This document shows, one piece after another, positions 20,258-32,034 of a stretch of 64,000 bases of DNA (its first letter is position 1; the number at the start of each line of letters is the position of its first letter). Below the pieces are notes generated by a model. It was not told the origin of the DNA, searched no databases, and worked only from the letters and a program-made list of their open reading frames with translations. Source of the stretch: Escherichia coli. GTDB lineage: Bacteria > Pseudomonadota > Gammaproteobacteria > Enterobacterales > Enterobacteriaceae. The stretch lies in NCBI RefSeq assembly GCF_030384885.1, contig NZ_CP128613.1; one strand, 5' to 3'. The position numbers and the translations under genes were made by a program.

Positions 20258-21423
20258 TATTTCCCCTCCACTGCGGCAACAACCTGCTGAGCTGCATCCG
20301 TCAGACCTTTTGCTGCAATAATATTCAGGCCGCTGTCAGCCAGTTTCTTCGCGCCGAGTTCGGCGTTGTTACCTTCCAGACGTACCACGACCGGTACGTT
20401 AACACCCACTTCCGCTACCGCGCCGATGATACCGTCAGCGATCAGGTCGCAACGAACGATACCACCGAAGATGTTAACCAGAACGGCTTTCACTTTGTCG
20501 TCAGAGAGGATGATTTTGAACGCTTCGGTTACACGTTCTTTGGTTGCGCCACCGCCAACGTCCAGGAAGTTAGCTGGTTCGCCACCGTGCAGTTTAACGA
20601 TGTCCATGGTACCCATCGCCAGACCTGCGCCGTTAACCATACAACCGATGTTACCGTCCAGCGCAACGTAGTTCAGTTCCCACTGTGCAGCCTGTGCTTC
20701 ACGTGGATCTTCCTGCGACTGGTCGCGCATTTCGCGCAGATCCGGCTGGCGGAACAGTGCGTTGCCATCAGCACCCAGTTTACCGTCGAGGCAGATCAGA
20801 TCGCCCTGTTTGGTAATAACCAGCGGGTTAATTTCGATAAGAGCAAGGTCGCGCTCAAGGAAAATGGTCGCCAGACCCATGAAAATTTTGGTGAACTGTT
20901 GAACCAGTTTACCTTCCAGGCCCAGTTTGAACGCCAGCTCACGCCCCTGATACGGCATCGGGCCAGTCAGCGGATCAAGCGCAACTTTGTGGATCAGGTG
21001 CGGAGTTTCTTCCGCCACTTTTTCGATTTCCACGCCGCCTTCAGTGGAGGCCATAAAGACCACGCGACGGGAACTACGGTCTACAACGGCACCAAGATAC
21101 AGCTCTTTAGCGATATCGGTCGCTGCTTCAACCAGAATCTGGTTAACCGGTTGGCCATTAGCATCTGTTTGATACGTTACCAGACGCTTGCCCAGCCAGT
21201 TTTCTGCAAAAGCACGGATGTCTTCTTTGCTGTTTACAACTTTCACACCGCCCGCTTTACCGCGGCCACCAGCGTGAACCTGACATTTCACTACCCACGG
21301 ACCGGCACCGATTTTTGAAGCGGCTTCTTCTGCTTCGCGCGGAGTAGTACAGGCATAACCCACCGGTGCTGGTAAGCCATAGCGGGCAAACAGTTGTTTT
21401 GCCTGATATTCATGTAAGTTCAT
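20257..21423 (-). CDS. sucC: Succinyl-CoA synthetase beta subunit
   Basis: 388-aa [64 protein letters not shown]... Confidence 0.97.
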
Positions 21424-21516
21424 GTGTTCTGTCCATCCTTCAGTAATCGTTATCTTTTAAACCGTAGACCGACACCCTATCCACGTCGGTCTACAGTGCA
21501 GGTGAAACTTAAACTA

Positions 21517-22734
21517 CTACACGTCCAGCAGCAGACGCGTCGGATCTTCCAGCAACTCTTTGATCGTTACCAGGAAGCCCACGGACTCGCGACCATCGAT
21601 CAGACGGTGATCGTAGGACAGCGCCAGGTACATCATCGGCAGGATCTCAACCTTACCATTCACTGCCATCGGACGATCTTTGATAGCGTGCATACCCAGA
21701 ATTGCGCTCTGCGGCGGGTTGATGATAGGCGTAGACATCAGGGAACCGAACACACCACCGTTGGTGATGGTGAAGTTACCACCGGTCAGATCTTCAACCG
21801 TCAGCTTGCCGTCACGGCCTTTAACTGCCAGCTCTTTAATTTTCTTCTCGATATCTGCCATGCCGAGGGTATCCACATCACGCAGAACCGGCGTCACCAG
21901 GCCGCGCGGCGTAGATACCGCCATGCTGACGTCAAAATAGTTGTGGTAAACCACATCATCGCCGTCGATAGAAGCATTCACTTCCGGGTAACGTTTCAGG
22001 GCTTCAACCACCGCTTTCACGTAGAAGGACATAAAGCCCAGACGGATGCCGTGGCGTTTTTCAAACGCTTCACCGTACTGCTTACGCAGATCCATAATCG
22101 GCTTCATGTTGACTTCGTTGAACGTGGTCAGCATGGCGGTGGAGTTTTTCGCTTCCAGCAGACGCTCTGCCACACGCTTACGCAGGCGAGTCATCGGAAC
22201 ACGTTTTTCGCTACGTGCAGCCAGAGCCGGTTGCGCCGCCGTAGCAGCTGCTGCCGGTGCAGACTCTTTCGCCGGGGCTTTCGCCAGATGTTTTTCCACA
22301 TCTTCACGGGTCAGACGACCACCTACACCGGTGCCTTTAATGGCGCTGGCATCAAGATTGTGTTCAGCCAAAAGGCGACGGATCGCCGGGCTTAAGGCAT
22401 CGTTGTTTTGCTCTTCCAGAGACGCCTGTTGGCGTTGTGCCGGAGTTGACGCTTTCTCTTCAGCTTTAGCGCTGGTTTCTTTACCGGCGCTGTTGCCTTC
22501 ACGCAGGCGACCAAGGATCTGACGAGACGTTACGGTTGTACCTTCATCTTCCAGAACCGCATCCAGAATGCCGTCTGCTGATGCCGGTACTTCCAGTACC
22601 ACTTTGTCAGTTTCGATTTCTACCAGCACTTCATCACGTACGACTGCGTCGCCGGGTTTTTTATGCCAGGTTGCGACGGTGGCATCGGCTACGGATTCAG
22701 GCAGGTCAGGGACCAGAATATCTACGCTACTCAT
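21517..22734 (-). CDS. sucB: 2-Oxoglutarate dehydrogenase E2 (dihydrolipoyllysine succinyltransferase)
   Basis: 405-aa ORF with N-terminal lipoyl domain ([13 protein letters not shown]) and Ala/Pro-rich linker. Confidence 0.97.
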   Translation of the reverse strand: MSSVDILVPDLPESVADATVATWHKKPGDAVVRDEVLVEIETDKVVLEVPASADGILDAVLEDEGTTVTSRQILGRLREGNSAGKETSAKAEEKASTPAQRQQASLEEQNNDALSPAIRRLLAEHNLDASAIKGTGVGGRLTREDVEKHLAKAPAKESAPAAAATAAQPALAARSEKRVPMTRLRKRVAERLLEAKNSTAMLTTFNEVNMKPIMDLRKQYGEAFEKRHGIRLGFMSFYVKAVVEALKRYPEVNASIDGDDVVYHNYFDVSMAVSTPRGLVTPVLRDVDTLGMADIEKKIKELAVKGRDGKLTVEDLTGGNFTITNGGVFGSLMSTPIINPPQSAILGMHAIKDRPMAVNGKVEILPMMYLALSYDHRLIDGRESVGFLVTIKELLEDPTRLLLDV

Positions 22735-22748
22735 TGTGTATCCTTTAT

Positions 22749-25550
22749 TTATTCGACGTTCAGCGCGTCATTAACCAGATCTTGTTGCTGTTTCTGGTGA
22801 ACGGACATATACCCTACCGCCGGAGAGGCGGAGGCCGGGCGGCCTGCATAACGCAGAGAAGCCCCAAACGGAATCACTTCACGGAAATGATGCTGGCTGC
22901 AGTACCATGCGCCCTGGTTGAGCGGCTCTTCCTGGCACCAGACAAAATCCTTGACGTGAGCAAACTGCTGCAACACTTCCTGCATCGCTTTATGCGGGAA
23001 CGGGTAGAGTTGCTCGATACGCACAATGGCGACATCGTGTTGATTGTTCTTACGGCGTTGTTCCAACAGGTCGTAATAAACCTTACCAGAACACATCACT
23101 ACGCGCTTCACACCCTTAGGATCAAGCTCGTCGATTTCACCAATGGCAGGCAGGAAGGTGCCGTTCGCCAGTTCTTCGAGGCTGGAAACCGCCAGCGGAT
23201 GACGCAGCAGGGATTTCGGCGACATCACCACCAGCGGACGACGCATCCCGCGCAGCGCCTGACGACGCAGCATGTGGTAAACCTGTGCCGGTGTAGACGG
23301 TACGCACACCTGCATGTTTTGTTCAGCACAAAGTTGCAGATAACGTTCCAGACGCGCGGAGGAGTGCTCCGGCCCCTGCCCTTCATACCCGTGCGGCAGC
23401 AGCATTACCAGACCACACATCCGGCCCCATTTTTGTTCGCCAGAGGAGATGAACTGGTCGATAACCACCTGCGCACCGTTGGCAAAGTCACCAAACTGCG
23501 CTTCCCAGATGGTCAGCGTGCGCGGCTCTGCGGTGGCATAACCGTATTCAAACGCCAGCACTGCTTCTTCAGACAGTACGGAGTCCCAGACGCGGAACGC
23601 GCCCTGACCATTATGGATATGTTGCAGCGGCGTGTAAGTGGAACCGTTGGACTGGTTGTGGATCACCGCATGACGATGGAAGAAGGTACCGCGACCGGAG
23701 TCTTCACCCGACAGGCGGACCGGAATGCCTTCATCAACCAGCGTGGCGTAAGCGAGGTTTTCCGCGCCGCCCCAGTCGAACAGTTTCTCACCGGCAGCCA
23801 TTGCCTGGCGATCGCCATAAATCTTGGCAACGCGAGACTGCATTTCAACCGCTTCCGGCACCGTACTGATACGTTTCGCCAATTCCTGCAGGCGCTTCAT
23901 CTCAACTTTGTTCGGGTACTCTTCGTCCCATTCGTGGTTGAGGTACGGCGACCATGTGAAAGAGTGCATGTTCATCGGACGCCACTCTGCTACCACGCAA
24001 TCGCCAGCATCCAGTGCATCGCGGTACAGGTTAACCATCTCAGTGGCATCTTCCAGCGTCGCGACTTTTTCCTGCTCCAGCTTGTCAGCGTAGATTTTGC
24101 GCGGCGTCGGATGTTTTTTGATTTTCTGATACATCAGCGGCTGAGTTGCACTCGGCTCGTCGGCTTCGTTGTGGCCGTGACGGCGGTAGCACACCAGGTC
24201 GATGAAGACATCACGTTTAAAGGTATTACGGAAATCGAGCGCCAGACGGGTCACAAAGGCAACGGCTTCCGGATCATCCGCATTAACGTGGAAAATCGGT
24301 GCCTGTACCATCTTGCCGATATCAGTACAGTACGGCGTAGAACGGGCATCCAGCGGGTTAGAGGTAGTGAAACCGACCTGGTTGTTGATAACGATACGTA
24401 CCGTACCGCCAACTTCATAACCACGCGCTTTCGACATGTTCAGGGTTTCCTGAACCACGCCCTGCCCGGTCACTGCGGCATCACCGTGGATGGTGATTGG
24501 CAGCACTTTGTTGCTGCTCGGCTCATCGAGTCTGTCCAGACGGGCGCGAACAGAACCGATAACTACCGGGCTTACAATCTCAAGGTGAGACGGGTTAAAC
24601 GCCAGCGCCAGGTGAACCAGGCCGCCATCGGTCTGGAAGTCAGACGAGAAGCCCATGTGGTATTTCACGTCGCCCGTGCCGAGGTGTTCTTTATGTTTAC
24701 CGGCAAATTCGTCGAACAAATCTTGCGGTTTTTTACCCAGTACGTTAACCAGCACGTTCAGACGACCACGGTGCGCCATCCCAAGAACCACTTCACGGGT
24801 GCCGCTGTTGCCAGCATGGCGGATCATCTCTTTAAGCATCGGGATTAACGCGTCACCGCCTTCCAGCGAGAAGCGTTTTGCGCCTGGGAATTTTGCGCCG
24901 AGGTAACGTTCAAGACCTTCAGCGGCGGTCAGTTCGCTTAAGAAGCGTTTTTTCTCTTCGCTATTGAAAGTCGCGCGACCAGACTCGATACGCTGTTGGA
25001 TCCAGCGTTTTTCTTCGGTGCTGGTAATGTGCATGTACTCGGCACCAATCGGGCCGCAGTAGGTTTGCTTGAGGGCTTCCAGCAGCTCGCCGAGTTTCAT
25101 GGTTTCTTTGCCGCTGGCAAATGAACCGACGTTGAAGGTCTCCTGGAAGTCTGCTTCGGTCAGATCGTGGAAAGACGGATCCAGATCGGCCACTTTATCT
25201 TGCTGCCACAGTCCCAGCGGATCGAGATTCGCATGCTGGTGACCGCGGAAGCGGTATGCGTTAATGAGCTGCAGGACTTTAACCTGCTTCACATTGGTGT
25301 CAGGGTCGGAGATCGTTGAAGAGTAACGTGAAGCGTCTTTCGCCAGGCGGCGGAAATATTCACGCGTTTGAGAGTGGAATTGATCCGGTTTGACTCCCGT
25401 ACCAGGTAACTGCTGGAACGTCGAACGCCAGTTAGCGTCAACCGAGTCAGGATCGGTTAAGAAGTCTTCATAGAGCTGTTCTATCCAGCTCTGGTTTGCG
25501 CCAGAGAGGTAAGAAGAGTCCAACCAGGCTTTCAAAGCGCTGTTCTGCAT
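22749..25550 (-). CDS. sucA: 2-Oxoglutarate dehydrogenase E1 component
   Basis: 933-aa [51 protein letters not shown]... Confidence 0.97.
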   Translation of the reverse strand: MQNSALKAWLDSSYLSGANQSWIEQLYEDFLTDPDSVDANWRSTFQQLPGTGVKPDQFHSQTREYFRRLAKDASRYSSTISDPDTNVKQVKVLQLINAYRFRGHQHANLDPLGLWQQDKVADLDPSFHDLTEADFQETFNVGSFASGKETMKLGELLEALKQTYCGPIGAEYMHITSTEEKRWIQQRIESGRATFNSEEKKRFLSELTAAEGLERYLGAKFPGAKRFSLEGGDALIPMLKEMIRHAGNSGTREVVLGMAHRGRLNVLVNVLGKKPQDLFDEFAGKHKEHLGTGDVKYHMGFSSDFQTDGGLVHLALAFNPSHLEIVSPVVIGSVRARLDRLDEPSSNKVLPITIHGDAAVTGQGVVQETLNMSKARGYEVGGTVRIVINNQVGFTTSNPLDARSTPYCTDIGKMVQAPIFHVNADDPEAVAFVTRLALDFRNTFKRDVFIDLVCYRRHGHNEADEPSATQPLMYQKIKKHPTPRKIYADKLEQEKVATLEDATEMVNLYRDALDAGDCVVAEWRPMNMHSFTWSPYLNHEWDEEYPNKVEMKRLQELAKRISTVPEAVEMQSRVAKIYGDRQAMAAGEKLFDWGGAENLAYATLVDEGIPVRLSGEDSGRGTFFHRHAVIHNQSNGSTYTPLQHIHNGQGAFRVWDSVLSEEAVLAFEYGYATAEPRTLTIWEAQFGDFANGAQVVIDQFISSGEQKWGRMCGLVMLLPHGYEGQGPEHSSARLERYLQLCAEQNMQVCVPSTPAQVYHMLRRQALRGMRRPLVVMSPKSLLRHPLAVSSLEELANGTFLPAIGEIDELDPKGVKRVVMCSGKVYYDLLEQRRKNNQHDVAIVRIEQLYPFPHKAMQEVLQQFAHVKDFVWCQEEPLNQGAWYCSQHHFREVIPFGASLRYAGRPASASPAVGYMSVHQKQQQDLVNDALNVE

Positions 25551-25726
25551 CGTGATCCCTTAAGCATCTTTTTTATGCTTACTTCGCCGTGGATACTACC
25601 ACGCACAGTGATGTGCGTGCCGGGGTTCACTTGCGAGCTCTTGTCTACGTAGTGGCTCGCGAAGGAACCTTTAAAAACTGTCTTAGTGTCAGGGGCAGTT
25701 TTTAAAGATTTCCTGCATTTCTTTTG

Positions 25727-25802
25727 TAGGCCGGATAAGGCATTCACGCCGCATCCGGCCCTGGTTGCCTGATGCGACGCTTGCGCGTCTTATCAGGCCT
25801 GG
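25727..25802. repeat. REP/BIME palindromic repeat unit in the sdhB-sucA intergenic region
   Basis: Sequence gtaggccggataaggc...gcatccggcc and gcctgatgcgacgcttgcgcgtcttatcaggcc are typical REP palindromes. Confidence 0.8.
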
Positions 25803-25805
25803 AAT

Positions 25806-26522
25806 TTATGCATTACGTTGCAACAACATCGACTTGATATGGCCGATAGCGCGCGTCGGGTTCAGCCCTTTCGGACATACACTGACGCAGTTCATGATGC
25901 TGTGACAGCGGAATACACTGAATGCATCGCTCAAACCGTCGAGGCGGCTGTCAGTCTCGGTATCACGGCTATCGATCAGGAAACGATATGCCGCTAACAA
26001 GCCTGCCGGGCCGATAAACTTATCGGGATTCCACCAGAAAGACGGACAAGAGGTTGAACAACATGCGCAGAGAATACATTCATACAGCCCGTCGAGTTTT
26101 TCGCGCTGCTCTGGCATCTGTAAATGCTCACGAGCTGGCGGATTTTGTCCATTATTCAACAGGTAAGGCTTAATTTTCTCATATTGCGCATAGAATTGTC
26201 CCATGTCTACCACCAAATCGCGGATCACCGGTAAACCTGGCAGCGGGCGAATCACAATCTTCTTGCCCGGCTGGTTGAGTGCCGAAATCGGGGTAATACA
26301 GGCCAGACCATTCTTACCGTTCATGTTCAGACCGTCGGAACCGCACACACCTTCACGGCAGGAGCGGCGGAACGACAGGCTGGGATCTTTCTCTTTCAAC
26401 TGGATAAGCGCATCCAGCAGCATCATGTCGCGACCTTCTTCCGCTTCCAGGGTGTAATCCTGCATACGCGGAGCATCATCAACATCCGGGTTATAGCGAT
26501 AAATTGAAAACTCGAGTCTCAT
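25806..26522 (-). CDS. sdhB: Succinate dehydrogenase iron-sulfur subunit
   Basis: 238-aa ORF with Cys clusters (CREGVCGSDG, CILCACCSTSCP, CHSIMNCVSVCPKG). Confidence 0.97.
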   Translation of the reverse strand: MRLEFSIYRYNPDVDDAPRMQDYTLEAEEGRDMMLLDALIQLKEKDPSLSFRRSCREGVCGSDGLNMNGKNGLACITPISALNQPGKKIVIRPLPGLPVIRDLVVDMGQFYAQYEKIKPYLLNNGQNPPAREHLQMPEQREKLDGLYECILCACCSTSCPSFWWNPDKFIGPAGLLAAYRFLIDSRDTETDSRLDGLSDAFSVFRCHSIMNCVSVCPKGLNPTRAIGHIKSMLLQRNA

Positions 26523-26537
26523 TTTCCTGTCTCCGCA

Positions 26538-28304
26538 TTAGTAAGTACGAATCTTCGGCGGGAATGCCGGGCGCAGTTTCGGTTCCATGTTGACGCTTCG
26601 GCGCGTCATGGATTCCGACTCTGGCAGATACAGGGAGTGGCACAGCCAGTTTTCATCATCACGATCCGGGAAGTCGAAGCGGCTATGCGCGCCACGGCTT
26701 TCGGTACGGAAGTTGGCAGAAACAGCCGTTGCATACGCCGTTTCCATCAGGTTATCCAGTTCCAGGCATTCAACGCGCTGGGTGTTGAACTCGCTGGAAG
26801 TGTCATCCAGACGGGCATTTTTCAAACGCTCGCGGATCACTTTCAACTGCTCAAGCCCTTTTGCCATCGCGTCACCTTCACGGAAGACCGAGAAGTTATG
26901 CTGCATACATTCTTGCAGTGCTTTACGAATCGCCACCGGATCTTCACCATTACGGTTGTTGTTCCAGCGATTCAGACGCTCCAGAGACGCTTCAACATCA
27001 GACTCGCTGGCATCGCGCAGTGCGCCCTGCTCGGCAATAGACTCTTGCAGATGCAGGCCCGCTGCGCGACCAAAGACCACCAGGTCCAGCAGCGAGTTAC
27101 CGCCAAGACGGTTAGCGCCGTGTACCGATACACAAGCGATTTCACCTACCGCGAACAGCCCCGGAACAACCACATCTTCGCCTTTCTCGTTCACCGTCAG
27201 CGCCTGACCGGTCACTTTGGTCGGAATACCGCCCATCATGTAGTGACAGGTTGGGATAACCGGAATCGGCTCTTTCACCGGATCGACGTGTGCGAAGGTA
27301 CGGGAGAGTTCAAGGATACCCGGCAGACGGGATTCCAGAACTTCTTTACCCAGGTGGTCGAGTTTCAGTTTTGCATGTGGCCCCCACGGACCATCACAGC
27401 CACGACCTTCACGAATTTCGATCATGATGGAACGCGCCACCACGTCACGGCCCGCCAGGTCTTTGGCGTTCGGCGCATAACGCTCCATAAAGCGTTCGCC
27501 ATGTTTGTTCAGCAGATAACCGCCTTCACCACGGCAACCTTCGGTGACCAGTACGCCCGCACCTGCTATACCGGTCGGGTGGAACTGCCACATTTCCATA
27601 TCCTGCACAGGTACACCTGCACGGATAGCCATACCGACGCCGTCGCCGGTGTTAATGTGCGCGTTGGTGGTGGACTGATAAATACGCCCTGCCCCGCCGG
27701 TTGCCAGCACAGTCGCACGGGCTTTGAAGTAAACCACTTCACCGGTTTCGATGCACAGTGCGGTACAACCAACTACCGCGCCATCCTGGTTCTTCACCAG
27801 ATCCAGCGCATACCACTCGGAGAAAATGGTGGTGTGGTTTTTCAGGTTCTGCTGATAAAGCGTGTGCAACAGTGCGTGACCGGTACGGTCAGCTGCCGCC
27901 GCAGTACGTGCCGCTTGCTCGCCACCGAAGTTTTTCGACTGGCCGCCAAACGGACGTTGATAGATACGACCATCATCAAGACGCGAGAACGGTAGCCCCA
28001 TGTGTTCCAGTTCCAGAATCGCTTCCGGCCCGGTTTTACACATATATTCAATCGCGTCCTGGTCACCGATATAGTCCGACCCTTTTACGGTGTCGTACAT
28101 ATGCCATTCCCAGTTATCTTCATGGGTATTACCCAGCGCAACGGTAATGCCGCCTTGCGCAGAAACGGTATGGGAACGGGTCGGGAAGACTTTGGAGAGC
28201 AGCGCACAGGTTTGGCCGCTCTGGGAAATTTGCAGCGCCGCGCGCATACCTGCGCCACCGGCACCAATCACAACTGCATCAAATTCTCTGACTGGCAATT
28301 TCAT
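26538..28304 (-). CDS. sdhA: Succinate dehydrogenase flavoprotein subunit
   Basis: [24 protein letters not shown]... FAD-binding N-terminus; start taken at the MKLPV Met, 4 codons inside the track ORF. Confidence 0.97.
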   Translation of the reverse strand: MKLPVREFDAVVIGAGGAGMRAALQISQSGQTCALLSKVFPTRSHTVSAQGGITVALGNTHEDNWEWHMYDTVKGSDYIGDQDAIEYMCKTGPEAILELEHMGLPFSRLDDGRIYQRPFGGQSKNFGGEQAARTAAAADRTGHALLHTLYQQNLKNHTTIFSEWYALDLVKNQDGAVVGCTALCIETGEVVYFKARATVLATGGAGRIYQSTTNAHINTGDGVGMAIRAGVPVQDMEMWQFHPTGIAGAGVLVTEGCRGEGGYLLNKHGERFMERYAPNAKDLAGRDVVARSIMIEIREGRGCDGPWGPHAKLKLDHLGKEVLESRLPGILELSRTFAHVDPVKEPIPVIPTCHYMMGGIPTKVTGQALTVNEKGEDVVVPGLFAVGEIACVSVHGANRLGGNSLLDLVVFGRAAGLHLQESIAEQGALRDASESDVEASLERLNRWNNNRNGEDPVAIRKALQECMQHNFSVFREGDAMAKGLEQLKVIRERLKNARLDDTSSEFNTQRVECLELDNLMETAYATAVSANFRTESRGAHSRFDFPDRDDENWLCHSLYLPESESMTRRSVNMEPKLRPAFPPKIRTY

Positions 28305-28651
28305 CACACACCCCACACCACAACGAATCCATAAATCACGTAAACCACCAGTGCAACAACAATCACCAGTTGCAGCATCAGGCGCAAAGCCAGTGGTTTA
28401 ACGTAGTCGGTCAACACCTGCCACATGCCGATCCAGGCATGGATCAAGATAGAAAACAGCGCCAGCAGGGTGAACACTTTGGTGAACGCAGAGGCGAAGA
28501 AACCAATCCAGACTTCATATGTCAGCTCGCCAGTGGTAGCGAAAAAACCGACCATATAAATGATGTAAAGCGTCAGGACGATAGCGGTAGCGCGAACGAG
28601 GATGAAATCATGTACGCCATTGCGTCCTAATGCGGAGGCGTTGCTTACCAT
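28304..28651 (-). CDS. sdhD: Succinate dehydrogenase membrane anchor subunit
   Basis: 115-aa hydrophobic ORF between sdhC and sdhA. Confidence 0.95.
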   Translation of the reverse strand: MVSNASALGRNGVHDFILVRATAIVLTLYIIYMVGFFATTGELTYEVWIGFFASAFTKVFTLLALFSILIHAWIGMWQVLTDYVKPLALRLMLQLVIVVALVVYVIYGFVVVWGV

Positions 28652-29034
28652 ACGAGGACTCCTGCGAGAAGTGAAAGCACGACAGTAATAACAAAGGAGA
28701 TTTTGGCGGAGCGTTTACCCGCTTCGAATGTTTCTTCCAGATAGCCAAAATCCATCATCATGTGGCGAATACCTACGACGACGTGATACGCCAGAGCGGT
28801 AAGGATGCCCCACATGATAAATTTGACGAAGAAGCTGCCCATAATCGCGGAAGCTTGCTCGAAACCTTCAGGGGAAGAGAGGCTGGTACCCAGAAGCCAC
28901 AGCAGGATGCCCACTGCAACAAAGGTGATCACACCGGAAACGCGATGGAGAATGGACGCTATCGCCGTGACGGGGAACCGGATGGTCTGTAGGTCCAGAT
29001 TAACAGGTCTTTGTTTTTTCACATTTCTTATCAT
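28645..29034 (-). CDS. sdhC: Succinate dehydrogenase cytochrome b556 subunit
   Basis: [21 protein letters not shown]... ; start taken at the MIRNV Met inside the track ORF. Confidence 0.95.
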   Translation of the reverse strand: MIRNVKKQRPVNLDLQTIRFPVTAIASILHRVSGVITFVAVGILLWLLGTSLSSPEGFEQASAIMGSFFVKFIMWGILTALAYHVVVGIRHMMMDFGYLEETFEAGKRSAKISFVITVVLSLLAGVLVW

Positions 29035-29742
29035 GAATAACGCCCACATGCTGTTCTTATTATTCCCTGGGGACTACGGGCACAGAGGTTAACTTTCTGT
29101 TACCTGGAGACGTCGGGATTTCCTTCCTCCGGTCTGCTTGCGGGTCAGACAGCGTCCTTTCTATAACTGCGCGTCATGCAAAACACTGCTTCCAGATGCG
29201 AAAACGACACGTTACAACGCTGGGTGGCTCGGGATTGCAGGGTGTTCCGGAGACCTGGCGGCAGTATAGGCCGTTCACAAAATCATTACAATTAACCTAC
29301 ATATAGTTTGTCGGGTTTTATCCCGAACAGTGATCTGGGTCACGATAACAACATTTATTTAATTTTTAATCATCTAATTTGACAATCATTCAACAAAGTT
29401 GTTACAAACATCACTAGGAAAAGCATATAATGCGTAAAAGTTATGAAGTCAGTATTTCACCTAAGATTAACTTATGTAACAGTGTGGAAGTATTGACCAA
29501 TTCATTCGGGACAGTTATTAGTGGTAGACAAGTTTAATAATTCGGATTGCTAAGTACTTGATTCGCCATTTATTCGTCATCAATGGATCCTTTACCTGCA
29601 AGCGCCCAGAGCTCTGTACCCAGGTTTTCCCCTCTTCCGCAGAGCGGCGAGCCAAATAACAAACGGGTAAAGCCAGGTTGATGTGCGAAGGCAAATTTAA
29701 GTTCCGGCAGTCTTACGCAATAAGGCGCTAAGGAGACCTTAA
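29035..29742. promoter_or_regulatory. Divergent sdhC / gltA promoter-regulatory intergenic region
   Basis: About 700 bp between divergently transcribed sdhC and gltA; AT-rich segments; known as a regulated region in K-12 (recalled). Confidence 0.6.
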
Positions 29743-31026
29743 ATGGCTGATACAAAAGCAAAACTCACCCTCAACGGGGACACAGCTGTTGAACTGGATG
29801 TGCTGAAAGGCACGCTGGGTCAAGATGTTATTGATATCCGTACTCTCGGTTCAAAAGGTGTGTTCACCTTTGACCCAGGCTTCACCTCAACCGCATCCTG
29901 CGAATCTAAAATTACTTTTATTGATGGTGATGAAGGTATTTTGCTGCACCGCGGTTTCCCGATCGATCAGCTGGCGACCGATTCTAACTACCTGGAAGTT
30001 TGTTACATCCTGCTGAATGGTGAAAAACCAACTCAGGAACAATATGACGAATTTAAAACGACGGTTACCCGCCATACCATGATCCATGAGCAGATTACTC
30101 GTCTGTTCCATGCTTTCCGTCGTGACTCGCACCCTATGGCAGTTATGTGCGGTATTACCGGTGCACTGGCGGCGTTCTATCACGACTCTCTGGATGTTAA
30201 CAATCCTCGTCATCGTGAAATTGCCGCGTTCCGCCTGCTGTCAAAAATGCCGACCATGGCCGCGATGTGTTACAAATACTCTATCGGCCAGCCGTTTGTT
30301 TACCCACGCAACGATCTCTCCTACGCCGGTAATTTCTTGAATATGATGTTCTCCACGCCGTGCGAACCGTATGAAGTCAACCCGATTCTGGAACGCGCGA
30401 TGGACCGTATTCTGATCCTGCACGCTGACCATGAACAGAACGCCTCTACCTCCACCGTGCGTACCGCTGGCTCTTCGGGGGCGAACCCGTTTGCCTGTAT
30501 CGCCGCAGGTATTGCTTCGTTGTGGGGACCAGCGCACGGTGGTGCTAACGAAGCGGCGCTGAAAATGCTGGAAGAAATCAGCTCCGTTAAACACATTCCG
30601 GAATTTGTTCGTCGTGCGAAAGACAAGAATGACTCTTTCCGCCTGATGGGCTTCGGTCACCGCGTGTACAAAAACTACGACCCGCGCGCCACCGTCATGC
30701 GTGAAACCTGCCACGAAGTCCTGAAAGAGCTGGGCACGAAGGATGACCTGCTGGAAGTAGCTATGGAGCTGGAAAATATCGCGCTGAACGACCCGTACTT
30801 TATTGAGAAAAAACTGTACCCTAACGTCGATTTCTACTCTGGTATCATCCTGAAAGCGATGGGTATTCCGTCTTCCATGTTCACCGTCATATTCGCTATG
30901 GCACGTACAGTTGGCTGGATCGCCCACTGGAGCGAAATGCACAGTGATGGCATGAAGATTGCCCGTCCACGTCAGCTGTATACCGGCTATGAAAAACGCG
31001 ATTTTAAAAGCGACATCAAACGTTAA
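29743..31026 (+). CDS. gltA: Citrate synthase
   Basis: 427-aa [75 protein letters not shown]... Confidence 0.98.
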   Translation: MADTKAKLTLNGDTAVELDVLKGTLGQDVIDIRTLGSKGVFTFDPGFTSTASCESKITFIDGDEGILLHRGFPIDQLATDSNYLEVCYILLNGEKPTQEQYDEFKTTVTRHTMIHEQITRLFHAFRRDSHPMAVMCGITGALAAFYHDSLDVNNPRHREIAAFRLLSKMPTMAAMCYKYSIGQPFVYPRNDLSYAGNFLNMMFSTPCEPYEVNPILERAMDRILILHADHEQNASTSTVRTAGSSGANPFACIAAGIASLWGPAHGGANEAALKMLEEISSVKHIPEFVRRAKDKNDSFRLMGFGHRVYKNYDPRATVMRETCHEVLKELGTKDDLLEVAMELENIALNDPYFIEKKLYPNVDFYSGIILKAMGIPSSMFTVIFAMARTVGWIAHWSEMHSDGMKIARPRQLYTGYEKRDFKSDIKR

Positions 31027-31057
31027 CTGCTGATTCCTAAGCTGTAAATTCTGTTAA

Positions 31058-31092
31058 CCCGCCTTTAAAAGGCGGGTTAATTTTTATCTACC
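31058..31092 (+). terminator. Rho-independent terminator downstream of gltA
   Basis: Hairpin aacccgcctttaaaaggcgggtt followed by aatttttat. Confidence 0.7.
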
Positions 31093-31418
31093 TGAACACA
31101 AAAAAATGTAAAAATAAAATTAATTAACCGGCTGACATTAATATTGCAAAATAATAGAATTGTTCATTTTATCGGCAAAATAATAAATTTTAATTAAGGT
31201 ATCTGCTTTTAGTTACTTTTATAACCTCATGAAAATGAGGTATATCTCTCTCATTCCCCCGATAACATTCATTAAATTATTAATTCATCACATCAATTAG
31301 TTAACCTTGCATTTAATATAATTAATAATATTTTTAAGTAAAACTAAAAACATTCGACAATCAAATAAGATATTCTGATATCGCTATACTTTTTTCTATT
31401 TCTGTAAAGGACTCAGTT

Positions 31419-31985
31419 ATGTTTAAAGGACAAAAAACATTGGCCGCATTGGCCGTATCTCTGTTATTCACTGCACCGGTTTATGCAGCTGATGAAGGTT
31501 CTGGTGAAATTCACTTTAAAGGTGAGGTTATAGAAGCACCATGTGAAATACATCATGATGATATTGATAAAGAAATTGAGCTAGGTCAGGTGACCACCAG
31601 CCACATTAATCAGTCTCATCACAGCGATGCGGTTGCTGTCGACCTGCGTTTAATCAACTGCGACCTGGAAAACTCTAATAACGGTTCCGGTGGTAAGATT
31701 TCTAAAGTCGCGGTCACCTTCGATAGCTCAGCGAAAACCACTGGCGCAGATCCGATACTTAACAATACCAGCACTGGCGAAGCCACCGGTGTCGGCGTGC
31801 GTTTAATGAATAAGGATCAAAGCAATATCATTTTAGGCACTGCTTCTCCGGATATCGACCTCGCACCAACGTCCAGTGAACAAACACTGAACTTCTTTGC
31901 CTGGATGGAACAAATTGATCAAGCGACACCAGTAACGGCAGGGGCTGTTACAGCGAATGCAACCTACGTACTGGATTATAAATAA
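31419..31985 (+). CDS. ybgD: Fimbrial major subunit-like protein (chaperone-usher fimbriae)
   Basis: 188-aa ORF with signal peptide MFKGQKTLAALAVSLLFTAPVYA; heads an operon with usher and chaperone genes. Confidence 0.85.
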   Translation: MFKGQKTLAALAVSLLFTAPVYAADEGSGEIHFKGEVIEAPCEIHHDDIDKEIELGQVTTSHINQSHHSDAVAVDLRLINCDLENSNNGSGGKISKVAVTFDSSAKTTGADPILNNTSTGEATGVGVRLMNKDQSNIILGTASPDIDLAPTSSEQTLNFFAWMEQIDQATPVTAGAVTANATYVLDYK

Positions 31986-32034
31986 GCGTTATTGGGCGGC
32001 ATCACTGCCGCCTTTCTTAAAATATTTATCTGGT

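Noticed and set aside
22536-24848. 770-aa ORF on the plus strand, with other long plus-strand ORFs at 21424-22395, 19517-20248, 20587-21318 and 26637-27995
   Set aside because: All lie antisense to well-supported sucA, sucB, sucC, sucD and sdhA genes and have Arg/His/Gln-rich low-complexity translations typical of stop-free antisense frames in GC-rich coding DNA; treated as shadow ORFs.
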